Position numbers and translations under genes: made by a program
Assembly: GCA_963777315.1 (NCBI GenBank)
Contig: CAVZQC010000005.1
Span: 178,600-242,599, forward strand
DNA length: 64,000 bases
Reading direction: 5' to 3'
DNA from: Vulcanimicrobiota bacterium
Lineage (GTDB): Bacteria > Vulcanimicrobiota > Vulcanimicrobiia > Vulcanimicrobiales > Vulcanimicrobiaceae
Shown here: piece after piece, positions 28,848-38,785 of the stretch
How positions within the stretch are numbered: position 1 is the stretch's first letter
Layout of the letters: every line of letters starts with the position of its first letter
Notes under the pieces: generated by a model
Told to the model about the DNA's origin: nothing
Seen by the model: only the letters and a program-made list of their open reading frames with translations
Database searches by the model: none

Positions 28848-29048
28848 ATGGAAGATAAACGCAGGCGAGACGAATTCGGCGAGTTGTTCGAGGACACGTT
28901 TACCGAGAACGAAAGCACGCCCAGCGGTGAAGCGCGCGAAGACGCGCAAGAAGACGTGCAGTTGGATGCCGACGTAGATTCCCAGGACGACGACCGCGCA
29001 ATGCGCGAGAACGTCTTTGGAGTCAACGACCCTAAACCGAAGACTTGA
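28848..29048 (+). CDS. Small acidic hypothetical protein
   Basis: D/E-rich ORF abutting the HAD gene. Confidence 0.5.
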   Translation: MEDKRRRDEFGELFEDTFTENESTPSGEAREDAQEDVQLDADVDSQDDDRAMRENVFGVNDPKPKT

Positions 29049-29059
29049 CGGGCAGGCCC

Positions 29060-29731
29060 ATGGCCGCCTTTATTCTGGACCTCGACGGTACGCTGGTCGA
29101 CACCGTCTATCAGCACGTTTCCGCGTGGCACGCCGCCCTGCACAAGTGCGGATACGAGCTGCCGATGTGGCGCATCCATCGCAAAATCGGCATGAGCGGC
29201 GCGCTGCTGATGCAGGGCCTTGCGCTCGAGCTCGGACGCAGCGTCGACGACGCGACCGCCCAGCGACTGGAAAAAATTCATTCCGAAGAATTCGCGCGAT
29301 CGTTACCGTCGGTTCGGCCGCTCAGCGGCGCGGCGGAGTTGCTCTCGGCCTTTGCTCGTAACGATGTGCCGTACGCCATCGCTACCAGCGGGCACCGCAG
29401 CGATGCCGATCCGCTCCTGCAGATGCTCGACATCGGCAAGGACGTTCCCGTCGTAACAAAGGAAGACGCGCAAAATCCCAAACCCGACCCGCAGCTCTTC
29501 CTCATCGCCGCGAAAAAGCTGCGCAGTTCCTCGCAAGCGACGATGGTCGTAGGAGACAGCGTGTGGGATATGCTGGCTGCCAGACGCGCGCATTTTTTAG
29601 GCGTAGGGCTGTTGACCGGCGGGTATGCCGAAAGCGAGATGACCGCGGCGGGCGCATACCGCGTGTTTTCCGACCCCGAGCAATTGCGCCATCATTTATA
29701 TGAAGTGGGCGTCAACGCAAAGGAGAACTGA
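29060..29731 (+). CDS. HAD-family hydrolase
   Basis: DLDGTLVD, ATS, KPDP, VGDSVWD. Confidence 0.9.
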   Translation: MAAFILDLDGTLVDTVYQHVSAWHAALHKCGYELPMWRIHRKIGMSGALLMQGLALELGRSVDDATAQRLEKIHSEEFARSLPSVRPLSGAAELLSAFARNDVPYAIATSGHRSDADPLLQMLDIGKDVPVVTKEDAQNPKPDPQLFLIAAKKLRSSSQATMVVGDSVWDMLAARRAHFLGVGLLTGGYAESEMTAAGAYRVFSDPEQLRHHLYEVGVNAKEN

Positions 29732-29732
29732 A

Positions 29733-29975
29733 ATGGAACGCGAGCGGTACAGCGACGAGGACGCGGTAGAGCGCGAAATCGAAGAGCAAACGCAGTCGCC
29801 CGAACCAAGCGAAGATACCGAGTTCGAGCGTCGATCGGGGCCGGACGTCGCGCACGACGTGCAGCCGGATCGCGCTCGCGAGCGGGCCGAAGCCGTTTAC
29901 GGCGAGACCGACACGGATCCGCGGCGAGAAGATCAGCCCAGCGCGCATCGAGCGACGCAAGACGAACACTTGTAA
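29733..29975 (+). CDS. Small acidic hydrophilic protein
   Basis: RBS AAGGAG; E/D/R-rich. Confidence 0.6.
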   Translation: MERERYSDEDAVEREIEEQTQSPEPSEDTEFERRSGPDVAHDVQPDRARERAEAVYGETDTDPRREDQPSAHRATQDEHL

Positions 29976-29982
29976 GCAGCGG

Positions 29983-30756
29983 TTACAGCCGCCAGCCTAA
30001 ACCGAAACCGTAATAATGGTTGCGCGAGCGATCGGTGATCGTCCGGCCTGCTTCGACGTCGACTTCAATTTGCGGCGCAGGCTCGTATTGCAGCCCGGCA
30101 TCCAACCCGAACAGAGCGCCGCCGTCCGGCCGGGTCTTACTTTGCGCGAAAGCTTCAGCGTACGTTTGCGCGCGCGAACTGAACTGATCGGTCAACACCA
30201 GCGACGGAAGAAGCGTCGTTCCGGCAAAGCCGCGCTCAACGCCCACGGTGGTGGCAATGCCGATTGCCGCCGACAGTGAGCGCGCATAGTCTGCGTTGAG
30301 CGTTTCGGTGGGCTTTCCCGCGCTGAGCGGGGCCGCTCCGGTGGGGACGGTATACAGCGCGTCCACCGCGAGCGCTCCGCGTTCGTCGTGCGCGATCTCC
30401 CACTTTGCGCCGACTCCCGAATCAAAAAATCCGCTGGCCGGCGCGCCGGCGTCACGGCCGAGCTGGTACGCCGGTCCGATCAGGTCGACTTCGACGGACT
30501 GCGCGATGCCCAAGCGCAGAAAGCCTTGCGGATACTGTACCGCCGGCGCATCGCCGGACTGGTTGGCAAAACCCAGTTCGATAAGCGCTTCCCGCGGCTT
30601 GACAGCGCAAGCGCTGTAGCCGACGGTAGGCCGATTGATCGCCGCGAGCAGATTGGTGCGTCCCTGCGTCGCGCAGCTGTCCGCGGCAGGCGTGGGTGAT
30701 GGAGTCGGAGCGGTCACCGCCGCTGCGGCCAACACGAGGACGGCTGCTGCGTGCAC
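29983..30756 (-). CDS. Putative outer-membrane beta-barrel (phenol MetA-pathway-like transporter)
   Basis: Signal peptide, NRPT motif, amphipathic strands, C-terminal GFGLGWRL. Confidence 0.65.
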   Translation of the reverse strand: MHAAAVLVLAAAAVTAPTPSPTPAADSCATQGRTNLLAAINRPTVGYSACAVKPREALIELGFANQSGDAPAVQYPQGFLRLGIAQSVEVDLIGPAYQLGRDAGAPASGFFDSGVGAKWEIAHDERGALAVDALYTVPTGAAPLSAGKPTETLNADYARSLSAAIGIATTVGVERGFAGTTLLPSLVLTDQFSSRAQTYAEAFAQSKTRPDGGALFGLDAGLQYEPAPQIEVDVEAGRTITDRSRNHYYGFGLGWRL

Positions 30757-30837
30757 GATGCCAAATTGCCGCCGCAGGCAGGGTCGAACCTGCCCCTAAG
30801 GCAATCAGTCCGGCGCTTTTGGAGGTTGTAGTTTCCT

Positions 30838-31635
30838 GTGAAGATCGTCGTCACCGTGAAGTTGGTTCCCGACACCAATGCGGTCAAGCGTATCGATCCC
30901 GCGACCAAACGCTTGGTGCGCACGGGTCTGGAAACGGTGCTCAACCCGTTCGACGAGTACGCGATCGAAGCCGCGCTGCAGCTCAAAGAGCAGCTCGGCG
31001 GCGATACGACCGTGACGATTTTCACCATGACGCCCGAAAACGGCAGAGAAAAAGAAACGATCCGCAAAGCGCTGGCGATGGGAGCCGACGACGCGGTGAT
31101 GCTTACGGATGCGCCGCTCGAGGGCAGCGACGTGTGGGCGACCGCGTACGTGATGGCGCATGCGCTCAAAAAGGCCGGCTTCGATTTGCTCATCTGCGGC
31201 GGTTTGGCGGACGACGGCAACAGCGGCGGCGTTCCTACCGCACTGGCGGAATACTTGCGCGTGCCGGGATTGACCAACGTGCGAAAAATCGAACGAGCGG
31301 GCGACGGCAGCATTCGCGCTCAGCGCGAGACCGACAGCGGCTATCAAGTCGTTACCGCGCCGCTGCCCGCGCTCATCACGGTAACCATGGCGGTGGGTGA
31401 ACCGCGGTACGCATCGCTCAAAGGCATCATGGGGGCCAAGAAAAAGACGATCGCCGCCATGGCGCTCGGCGAACTGGGCGTCGACAAACCCCTGGGTTCG
31501 GATGGAGCCAAGACCGAAGTGCTGCACGTTTCGGCTCCCAAGCCGCGCGAGAAAGCGCGCGTGGTGGAAGCGCCCGACGGCACAACCGGCGCAAAGGCGA
31601 TTTTCGAATTTCTGCGCGAGAAGAAGCTGGTCTAA
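30838..31635 (+). CDS. etfB: Electron transfer flavoprotein beta subunit
   Basis: VKLVPD, NPFDEYAIEAAL, ALAMGAD, PRYASLKGIM. Confidence 0.93.
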   Translation: MKIVVTVKLVPDTNAVKRIDPATKRLVRTGLETVLNPFDEYAIEAALQLKEQLGGDTTVTIFTMTPENGREKETIRKALAMGADDAVMLTDAPLEGSDVWATAYVMAHALKKAGFDLLICGGLADDGNSGGVPTALAEYLRVPGLTNVRKIERAGDGSIRAQRETDSGYQVVTAPLPALITVTMAVGEPRYASLKGIMGAKKKTIAAMALGELGVDKPLGSDGAKTEVLHVSAPKPREKARVVEAPDGTTGAKAIFEFLREKKLV

Positions 31636-32618
31636 TGCGCCACGTTATCGTCTACGTCGAGCACAAGAGCGGCCTGACCCGAAAAGTCACATTCGAGCTG
31701 GCGACGCAAGCCCGAAAAATTGCCGACGCATTGGGCGGCAAAGCCCACGCGGTCGTCTTGGGCCAAGGTGCGGTAAAGTTGGCCGAACAGCTCAAAGCGT
31801 ATCCGCTCGACGCGATCCACGTCAGCGACGATCCGGACGTCGACAAGTACTTGCTCGATCCGGTCGTCGATTATTTGGAATCCGTCGCTCGCAGTACCGG
31901 GCCGGCGCTGCTCTTGATTCCCAATACGATGCAGGGACGCGACGTCGCCGGACGGATGGTTGCGCGCCTGGATGCCGGTCTGAACTCCGATCTGACCGAC
32001 TTCGATCTCGCGGATGGAAAAGCGATCGGCATCGGGCCCAAACTGCAGGGCTCGAGCACCGTGGCCGCAGGTTACAAAAATACCGATTACGGCGTCGCGA
32101 CGATTCGGCCCAATGCTTTTGCGGCACAAGCCGGCGGACCGGGGGCGCAAATCGTGCGCCTTGAAAAGCCGGCGGACCGGCGGTATGCGATGGTCATCGA
32201 GAACGAGGTGGAAGAAGCCTCGGGGGAAATCGGGCTTGAGGAGGCATCCGTCGTGGTCAGCGGCGGACGCGGCTTGGGCGGCCCGGAGCCGTTCACCGCC
32301 TTGCTCAAACCGCTTGCCGATGCGCTGGGCGGCGCGGTCGGCGCTTCGCGTGCGGCGGCGGACGCCGGCTGGGTACCCTACAGCCTGCAGATCGGGCAAA
32401 CGGGCAAAGTCGTCAGTCCGCCCCTGTACATCGCGGTCGGCATCTCGGGCGCGATCCAGCACAAAGTCGGCATGCAGTCGGCAGGCACCATTATTGCGGT
32501 CAACCGCGACGCCGGCGTCCCGATCGGCGAGTTTGCCGACCTGCTGGTCGTGGGCGACCTGTTCCAAATCGTGCCCGCGCTCACGGGCATGGTGCAGGAA
32601 GCCAAAACCCACGCGTGA
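31635..32618 (+). CDS. etfA: Electron transfer flavoprotein alpha subunit
   Basis: SGGRG, GASRAA, QIGQTGK, GISGAIQH. Confidence 0.93.
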   Translation: MRHVIVYVEHKSGLTRKVTFELATQARKIADALGGKAHAVVLGQGAVKLAEQLKAYPLDAIHVSDDPDVDKYLLDPVVDYLESVARSTGPALLLIPNTMQGRDVAGRMVARLDAGLNSDLTDFDLADGKAIGIGPKLQGSSTVAAGYKNTDYGVATIRPNAFAAQAGGPGAQIVRLEKPADRRYAMVIENEVEEASGEIGLEEASVVVSGGRGLGGPEPFTALLKPLADALGGAVGASRAAADAGWVPYSLQIGQTGKVVSPPLYIAVGISGAIQHKVGMQSAGTIIAVNRDAGVPIGEFADLLVVGDLFQIVPALTGMVQEAKTHA

Positions 32619-32671
32619 CAATCGACCACCGCCGCACGTTGCGTAACTACCCTCTCTAAAGGACAATTGCT

Positions 32672-34189
32672 TTGAAACGTATCCTCTTGCCCGCGTTCCT
32701 GGCAGCGGCGGCTTGCTGTGCGCTGGCATTCTCGACGGCGCCCGGTATCGCCAGACCGAAACCTACGCCGACCGCGTCGGCTTCGCCGGCTCCGCTGCCG
32801 ACTGCGACGCCGGAACCGCCCAACATCGCCATCCCGCGTTTGGAGCAAAAGCTTAAAGAAAATCCTAACGACCGCCAAGCCATGGCGGATCTGGCGGGGC
32901 AGTTCATAGGCATCGGGCATCCCGAAGCCGCCGTGCCGCTCACGCAGCGTTTGCTGCAGCTCGGCACCAAGACCGCGCAGGTGTACTATCTGGACGGCTC
33001 GGCACAGGCGGCGCTCGGCAATGCAAACGCGGCCATCGCCGATTTGGAGAGTGCGTCCAACGTCGAACCGACCAATTTGGCGGTGCTCGCGACGCTGGCG
33101 GATCTGTACGTCAAGGCCGGTAGAACGCAGGATGCCGAACGGATCGCCAACCGCGCCGTGACGTTCAACAAAGACGATCCCAAGGCGTACGAAACGCTGG
33201 GCGGCGTCTACGCGTCCGAGCAAAAGTGGGACCTCGCGCGCGCGCAAATGGAGAAAGCGTACTCGCTCAATCCCAAGGACGTCAGCCCGCTCATGCAAGA
33301 AGCGCAGACGTGGGTCGCGCAGAACACGATTCCGAACGCGCTGACCGTGATCGATCGCGCCCTGGCCGTCGATCCCAAAAACGTGCAAGTGCTGCTGGCG
33401 CGCGCCGATCTCTACGCCAAGCAGAACGACGTTCCCAAATCCGCGTCCGCGTTCGACGACGCGGTGGCCGCTGCAGGCAACGACGGAGAAAAAGCGTCGG
33501 TGTTGGTGCAGAAGGCGCTCATGTACGCCGCGGCTCGGCAAGGTGCACAAGCGCAAGCGACGTTTGCCGCGGCCATCAAGCAATACCCGCTGATTTCATC
33601 CCTGCATACCGCGTACGGCCAGTACTATCTTACGCAGCACGATCGCAACCATGCCGAACAAGAGTTCCTCGCTGCACTCAGAAGCGATCGCACCGACGTG
33701 AACGCGCTGTACGACATGGCGGGCATCAAACAATCCGAGGGCCGCACCAGCGACGCGATTTCGTATCTCAAACGTCTGAGCCAGGTTGCGCCCAGTGCGC
33801 GGACGTATGGGCTGCTCGGGCAGGCATACGTGTCGGCGCACGACTACGCCAAAGCCCGCGACGCGTGCGGCAAGGCGTTCCAAATGGAGCGCAGTCCCGA
33901 CCCTCTGGGCTGCGTCGCCGGATCCGATTACAGCCTGAAAAACTACAAGGAAGCGGCGAAAATCTTCGACGTGCTGGATCGCGACGTGCGGCCCTTCATG
34001 GATCACAACGCGCAGCTGTTGTACATGATGGCCGACTCGTACGCGCACACCAATCAGAAGCCCAAGGCGATCGCGGCGTACAAACGTTTGCTCAAGCTGA
34101 TGAAGCCCGGCACCAAGACGTACAAGCAGATTCAGGCGCAGATTGCCGATTTGACCTCCAAATCGGCCAAGAAGACCAAACACGACTGA
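32672..34189 (+). CDS. Exported TPR-repeat protein
   Basis: Signal peptide, Pro-rich linker, multiple TPR-like repeats. Confidence 0.8.
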   Translation: MKRILLPAFLAAAACCALAFSTAPGIARPKPTPTASASPAPLPTATPEPPNIAIPRLEQKLKENPNDRQAMADLAGQFIGIGHPEAAVPLTQRLLQLGTKTAQVYYLDGSAQAALGNANAAIADLESASNVEPTNLAVLATLADLYVKAGRTQDAERIANRAVTFNKDDPKAYETLGGVYASEQKWDLARAQMEKAYSLNPKDVSPLMQEAQTWVAQNTIPNALTVIDRALAVDPKNVQVLLARADLYAKQNDVPKSASAFDDAVAAAGNDGEKASVLVQKALMYAAARQGAQAQATFAAAIKQYPLISSLHTAYGQYYLTQHDRNHAEQEFLAALRSDRTDVNALYDMAGIKQSEGRTSDAISYLKRLSQVAPSARTYGLLGQAYVSAHDYAKARDACGKAFQMERSPDPLGCVAGSDYSLKNYKEAAKIFDVLDRDVRPFMDHNAQLLYMMADSYAHTNQKPKAIAAYKRLLKLMKPGTKTYKQIQAQIADLTSKSAKKTKHD

Positions 34190-34198
34190 ACTGCCGCG

Positions 34199-35209
34199 AT
34201 GATCGTCGTTTGGGATCCGCTCTACGGCGATCATCTCCGCGGCATCCCGCACCCCGAATCGCCCGATCGCGTCGAGGCGGTCGCGGAGTTTCTGCGCCGG
34301 CGCGGCGACCTGCGAAGCGCTTTACCGGCGCGCGACGCAACGCGTGCGGAGATCGAACGCGTTCACGGGGGCGATTACGTCGATCTCGTCGAGCGTGAAA
34401 CTGCCGGCTTGCACGAGCGCGCGGCGTATCTGTCCACCGGAGATACCGCAGTCGATGAACGTTCGCTGGCCGTTGCTCGGCGAGCCGCGGGAGGCGCGAT
34501 AGTTGCCGCGCAGGCCGCGATGGAAGGCAACACCGCCGCATTCGCCGCCGTGCGGCCGCCCGGGCATCATGCCGAATCGACGCGCGGCATGGGGTTTTGC
34601 GTGTTCAACAACGCGGCCATTGCGGCGCGCGCGATGCAGGCGCAAACCGGTGCGCGCACGCTGATCGTCGATTTCGATTACCACCACGGCAACGGCACGC
34701 AGGCCGCAAGCGGCCGAGGCCTGTCGTACGTTTCCACGCACGCGTATCCGGCATATCCCGGCACCGGTGGACCCGATGAGACGTACCTGCTCGGCAAAGG
34801 CGACGCCGTGGTCAATCTGCCGCTGCCGGCGCACCGGTTGGGGACCGAAGCGTTCGTGGCGGCTTGGCAACAGCTCTTGCCGCGCGTGGCAAGGCACGTT
34901 CGTCCCGACGTGCTGATCGTCAGCGCGGGTTTCGACTACGTCGCGGGCGACCCGGTCGGCGACCTCGGAGTCGACGTGTCGGCAGCAGCTCAGCTCGCGG
35001 CGACGATTGCAGCGGTCGCCGGCGAATATTGCGATGGGCGCGTAGCGTACGTGCTCGAAGGCGGTTACGATGTTAGCGCGCTTGCACAGTCGATTGCGCT
35101 GATCGTCGACGTGCACGATGCGCACGCCCTCGGACACAACGCCGAAACGGCCGCCATCCCGGCGACGCAGCAAGCGATCCTTTCGCGAATCGCCGGCGTG
35201 TTAAGCTGA
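34199..35209 (+). CDS. Histone deacetylase-family amidohydrolase
   Basis: HPESPDR, RPPGHHA, GFCVFNN, DYHHGNGTQ, SAGFD, LEGGY. Confidence 0.92.
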   Translation: MIVVWDPLYGDHLRGIPHPESPDRVEAVAEFLRRRGDLRSALPARDATRAEIERVHGGDYVDLVERETAGLHERAAYLSTGDTAVDERSLAVARRAAGGAIVAAQAAMEGNTAAFAAVRPPGHHAESTRGMGFCVFNNAAIAARAMQAQTGARTLIVDFDYHHGNGTQAASGRGLSYVSTHAYPAYPGTGGPDETYLLGKGDAVVNLPLPAHRLGTEAFVAAWQQLLPRVARHVRPDVLIVSAGFDYVAGDPVGDLGVDVSAAAQLAATIAAVAGEYCDGRVAYVLEGGYDVSALAQSIALIVDVHDAHALGHNAETAAIPATQQAILSRIAGVLS

Positions 35210-35230
35210 ACGCGAGAAAAGCCGACTACG

Positions 35231-36424
35231 TTAGCGAACGAAATGGCGAACGATCAGCCATCGCACCATCGTTTCGGGATAACCCACGTATCGAACGGGC
35301 AGCGTCTGCCGATCTTCATATCCGGTGCGGGATTCGGTAAGCAAATGTCCCGCGTTCGGGAACGTGACGATCGTCAGATCGGGCTCGCCGGACTGCTTGA
35401 ACGCCGCGCGAAGGCGCGCTGCGCTTCGCGCCGCATCGACGTTTTTGTCCAGCGCGCCGAAGAGCGCGAGCGTAGGCGTGCGAAGCTGCTGCAGCATCGC
35501 AGCGGGATCGTAGATCAGCGCAGCCCGAAGCCCGGCGAGCATCGCGGGCGGCGGCGGAATGGGCATGCCGGGCGGAATCCGCATATAGGAGAACCACGGC
35601 TGCGTCCGAGCGGAAGCCAGCGCTTGCGCGGCGGCGCCCCAGTTGTCGTCGTTCTTCACCGAAGCGAACATCGTTTGCTCGAAGGCGAGGGCCTGTGCGA
35701 TCTGCTTGGGCGTGAAGTCACCGCCTTCGCGCAACGACTGTCGGATTTCATAAAGGACGTTTTCGGTGATGCTCCCGCTGGGCGTGCTCTTGAGGATCAG
35801 AAAGGCCAACGGAAACCGGCTTGCAACGATGGGAGCGACCCAACCGCCGTTGCTCGCCGCCCAGGCGCCGGTCCGCCGCGCGTCGACTTGCGGCTGCGCT
35901 TTGACCAGCTGCAGCAATGCCACGACGTCGTCCGCTTTTGATTGCGGGCTCGTGTAGCGCCAGTTTCCTTCGGAGACGCCGGTGCCGCGCTGATCGTACG
36001 TGACGACGTTAAGCCCGTTGCCCACGAAGTACGGAATCAAAAAACCCATCTGCCGCGTTGAATCGTCGGCTCCTTGAATCAGCACGACCGTCGCGCGACG
36101 GCGCGCGCCGGCAGCGTACCAGAGCGACCCGCCGAACCGCTGCGCACCGTTTCCGAGAACGAAACGCCGTTCATGAACGCGAACGGATGGCGCGCCGAGG
36201 TCGAACGTCAATGCCGGCGAGTCCGCTGTCCGGTAGACGTCGCCCGCAACGTGCGCGAGCGTGCCCAAGCGCCGCGTTCGGGCATCATAATACTGCACCG
36301 TCGGGCTATCCGGCGGTTCGGCGTCGACGCCGACGTACACTGCGCTGCCCGCGTTCCGATAGACCGCCAAGATATCGGGAACCGGGCTCGCCAGAGCGAA
36401 CGCTAAACACACCTGCGTAAGCAT
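35231..36424 (-). CDS. Secreted alpha/beta hydrolase
   Basis: YDQRGTG, ASNGG nucleophile elbow, GALDKNV, NAGH. Confidence 0.8.
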   Translation of the reverse strand: MLTQVCLAFALASPVPDILAVYRNAGSAVYVGVDAEPPDSPTVQYYDARTRRLGTLAHVAGDVYRTADSPALTFDLGAPSVRVHERRFVLGNGAQRFGGSLWYAAGARRRATVVLIQGADDSTRQMGFLIPYFVGNGLNVVTYDQRGTGVSEGNWRYTSPQSKADDVVALLQLVKAQPQVDARRTGAWAASNGGWVAPIVASRFPLAFLILKSTPSGSITENVLYEIRQSLREGGDFTPKQIAQALAFEQTMFASVKNDDNWGAAAQALASARTQPWFSYMRIPPGMPIPPPPAMLAGLRAALIYDPAAMLQQLRTPTLALFGALDKNVDAARSAARLRAAFKQSGEPDLTIVTFPNAGHLLTESRTGYEDRQTLPVRYVGYPETMVRWLIVRHFVR

Positions 36425-36482
36425 TATCCCTCCTGCGTCGCTCGCGAGTTCAAGCGCTCTGCCGCCACCGTCGTGCGCGCAG

Positions 36483-37514
36483 TTAACGCGTTACCGAAGA
36501 CGCGATGCGCACCATCTCATCGCGCGCGATCTCTCCCACCATCGCGAAATGCAAGTCGCCTTGCGCCCAAGCTAGCAGCGTGGTCGGTCCGTCCAGCACG
36601 TATTGGGCGGGGTACGATCGTATTTTGGTTTGATGCACGGTGTAGCGCGCCAAGTCGACTGCCGCGCCGCGCGCGTTCTCGAAGATGGACACCGTGCGCA
36701 GTCCGTCCGAGTACAGCAGATGCAGCGTGCGCACGCCTTTGATGTCGCTCACGTCGCCGGCAACGGGGAGAAAACCCTCGGGCAGATATCGCGGCCCAAG
36801 CGCTTGGAATCCAGCGGTGCGCACGACGGCTTGCAGATCGTTGGACGGTATGCCGTGCCCCGTTCCCTCCACGCGTTTGTACCCCGTCCCGGGGACGGAA
36901 AAAAGATCTCCCGGCAGCGCGTCCGCATACCGGATGTTTTCAAACCGCATTTGATGCGATACCGAACCCGAAGGCGAGTACCGTTCTTTTTGCAGCACCA
37001 GGTTGGTCTGCGCGTCGACGGAGATGCGCATGACGGTTTCGCCCGTATACTTATTGGCCAGCAGCACCGAGTGCGCGCGCCTTCCCGCAACGCTGTCGTC
37101 GGGCCCCATCACGGCGCGGTAGTTGTGCAGCAATAAGTCGAAGTTGTCGTCTTCGGCCACTTGGTCGTCGATCGCGTCGTCTTTGATGACGATGATCCGG
37201 TGCCGGTGCGGATCGATGTCGTAACTGGTGTCGCCGTGGCTGATGATGGAGTCGCCGTACAGCGACTCGGGCGCCAGATACCAGCGCCGTGTCATGTCCG
37301 GTGCGCGGTGTTCGATGCGAAAGAGCACTGCGTCGGCGTGATTCGTCCCGAAGTCCACGTTTTGCACTTGACCGACGTAGGAGTACTTGGAATACGCCGA
37401 AACCGCGTCGCGCAGCAGCTGCTCGGCGTTTTGCGCACCGGCATGTGAGGCTGTGCCGGCCAGGACGGCCGTCAGTGACAGCGCTGCGCTAATCGTTCCG
37501 CTAAGGATTCGCAT
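36483..37514 (-). CDS. MucB/RseB-like periplasmic sigma regulator
   Basis: Signal peptide; VAGR, YSDGLRTVSIFE; downstream of the anti-sigma gene. Confidence 0.75.
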   Translation of the reverse strand: MRILSGTISAALSLTAVLAGTASHAGAQNAEQLLRDAVSAYSKYSYVGQVQNVDFGTNHADAVLFRIEHRAPDMTRRWYLAPESLYGDSIISHGDTSYDIDPHRHRIIVIKDDAIDDQVAEDDNFDLLLHNYRAVMGPDDSVAGRRAHSVLLANKYTGETVMRISVDAQTNLVLQKERYSPSGSVSHQMRFENIRYADALPGDLFSVPGTGYKRVEGTGHGIPSNDLQAVVRTAGFQALGPRYLPEGFLPVAGDVSDIKGVRTLHLLYSDGLRTVSIFENARGAAVDLARYTVHQTKIRSYPAQYVLDGPTTLLAWAQGDLHFAMVGEIARDEMVRIASSVTR

Positions 37515-38025
37515 CGGCCGTATACGATGCGGCTTCCACGTTTACGGCTGTTTGCTGCGTATCGCCCGTCGCGGCGTTTTCGAGATCGACCGGATTGACC
37601 GAATTGCGGTCGTTGAACGGAACGGTGCTGTTGAGCGCGGCGTGATCCTGCAGGTAGTACGATGCTTCGATGACCGGCGCGCCGTGCGGTCCCAGGTACG
37701 CCGTGCCGAAATACGCCGCCAGCGCGACGGCCGCCGCAATGGGCAGCGCGAACGCAGGCCGCAGCCACGCCGTCAGCCTGCTCGAAGCCGAAGGCGGCGC
37801 CGAGCGGATGCGGTTCCAGATCCCGGCCTTGAGCGTGGGCGGCAGCTCGCGTTCTTCCCGGGCCGCATAGGCGCGCAGCGTTTCGGTGAGCGCGGTTTCG
37901 GCGTGAAATTCTTTGCTGCAGTCCGGGCACGATTCGATGTGCGCGTAGACGGCCGCATCCTCGGACGGCCCGAGAGCTCCATGCAGGTAGTCGATGAGTG
38001 TTTCGGCGGTCAAATGCTGTGTCAT
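37501..38025 (-). CDS. Zinc-finger anti-sigma factor
   Basis: HIESCPDC (HxxxCxxC) plus a TM helix. Confidence 0.85.
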   Translation of the reverse strand: MTQHLTAETLIDYLHGALGPSEDAAVYAHIESCPDCSKEFHAETALTETLRAYAAREERELPPTLKAGIWNRIRSAPPSASSRLTAWLRPAFALPIAAAVALAAYFGTAYLGPHGAPVIEASYYLQDHAALNSTVPFNDRNSVNPVDLENAATGDTQQTAVNVEAASYTADANP

Positions 38026-38597
38026 TACTGTTGTTGTCTCTGTATCAAACGTCGTAGCAACGCTCGCGCGCGGTGGAGTCTGGAGCGGACGGTTCCGATC
38101 GAGCATCCCATGATCTCGGCAATCTCCTGGTAGCTGTACTCCTCGATGTCCGCCAAAATAACGACCTGTCGCTGTTCCGAGGAGAGCTGTTCGAGCGATC
38201 GCGCGAGCGGCTCGCTGAGTTGGCTCTCCACGTAGTCCTCTATCGGTGAGCTGGCCAGCGGCTTTTGGCCGCCGAAGTCCTGAGGCGCGTTGTCCTCGGG
38301 GATCTCTTCCTGGTAACGTCCTTTTTTGCGCCGAAGTTCGTCCCGGTACAGATTCGTTACGATCCGGTAGATCCAGGACAGGAACGAGGTGCCCGGTTGG
38401 AAGCTGCGCCAGGCGCGGTACACCCGGATGAACGCCTCTTGGGTCAGGTCGCGGGCATCCGCCTCGTTATGGGTCAGGCGGTAGGCGAAATTATAGGTCG
38501 CCTTGCCGTAGTGCTCGATCGCACGCTCCAAAAAGGCAGCCTGCTCCGCGGACGGCGGCTCTATCGGATGGCGCGGCACTCCCATTGCCGATGGCAT
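38025..38597 (-). CDS. ECF sigma factor
   Basis: ARDLTQEAFIR, SWIYRI, SYQEIAEIMGCSIGTVRSRLHRAR. Confidence 0.92.
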   Translation of the reverse strand: MPSAMGVPRHPIEPPSAEQAAFLERAIEHYGKATYNFAYRLTHNEADARDLTQEAFIRVYRAWRSFQPGTSFLSWIYRIVTNLYRDELRRKKGRYQEEIPEDNAPQDFGGQKPLASSPIEDYVESQLSEPLARSLEQLSSEQRQVVILADIEEYSYQEIAEIMGCSIGTVRSRLHRARALLRRLIQRQQQ

Positions 38598-38785
38598 TTC
38601 CCTCGCGGCAATTCAACGCCTGGAAAGCCTGCGCATGAGGCGGAATCCCCGTTCGCGCATACCCCGACCGGCCCCAAGTCAGGCCTGGTATGCCGTCGCC
38701 CGGGAAGCTGCCCGGCTGTTACCATTGAGAGCGAACAAGCAGCGGCGGGGGATTGCGTAATGCGAAGGATTGCCAAGGAGATGGT

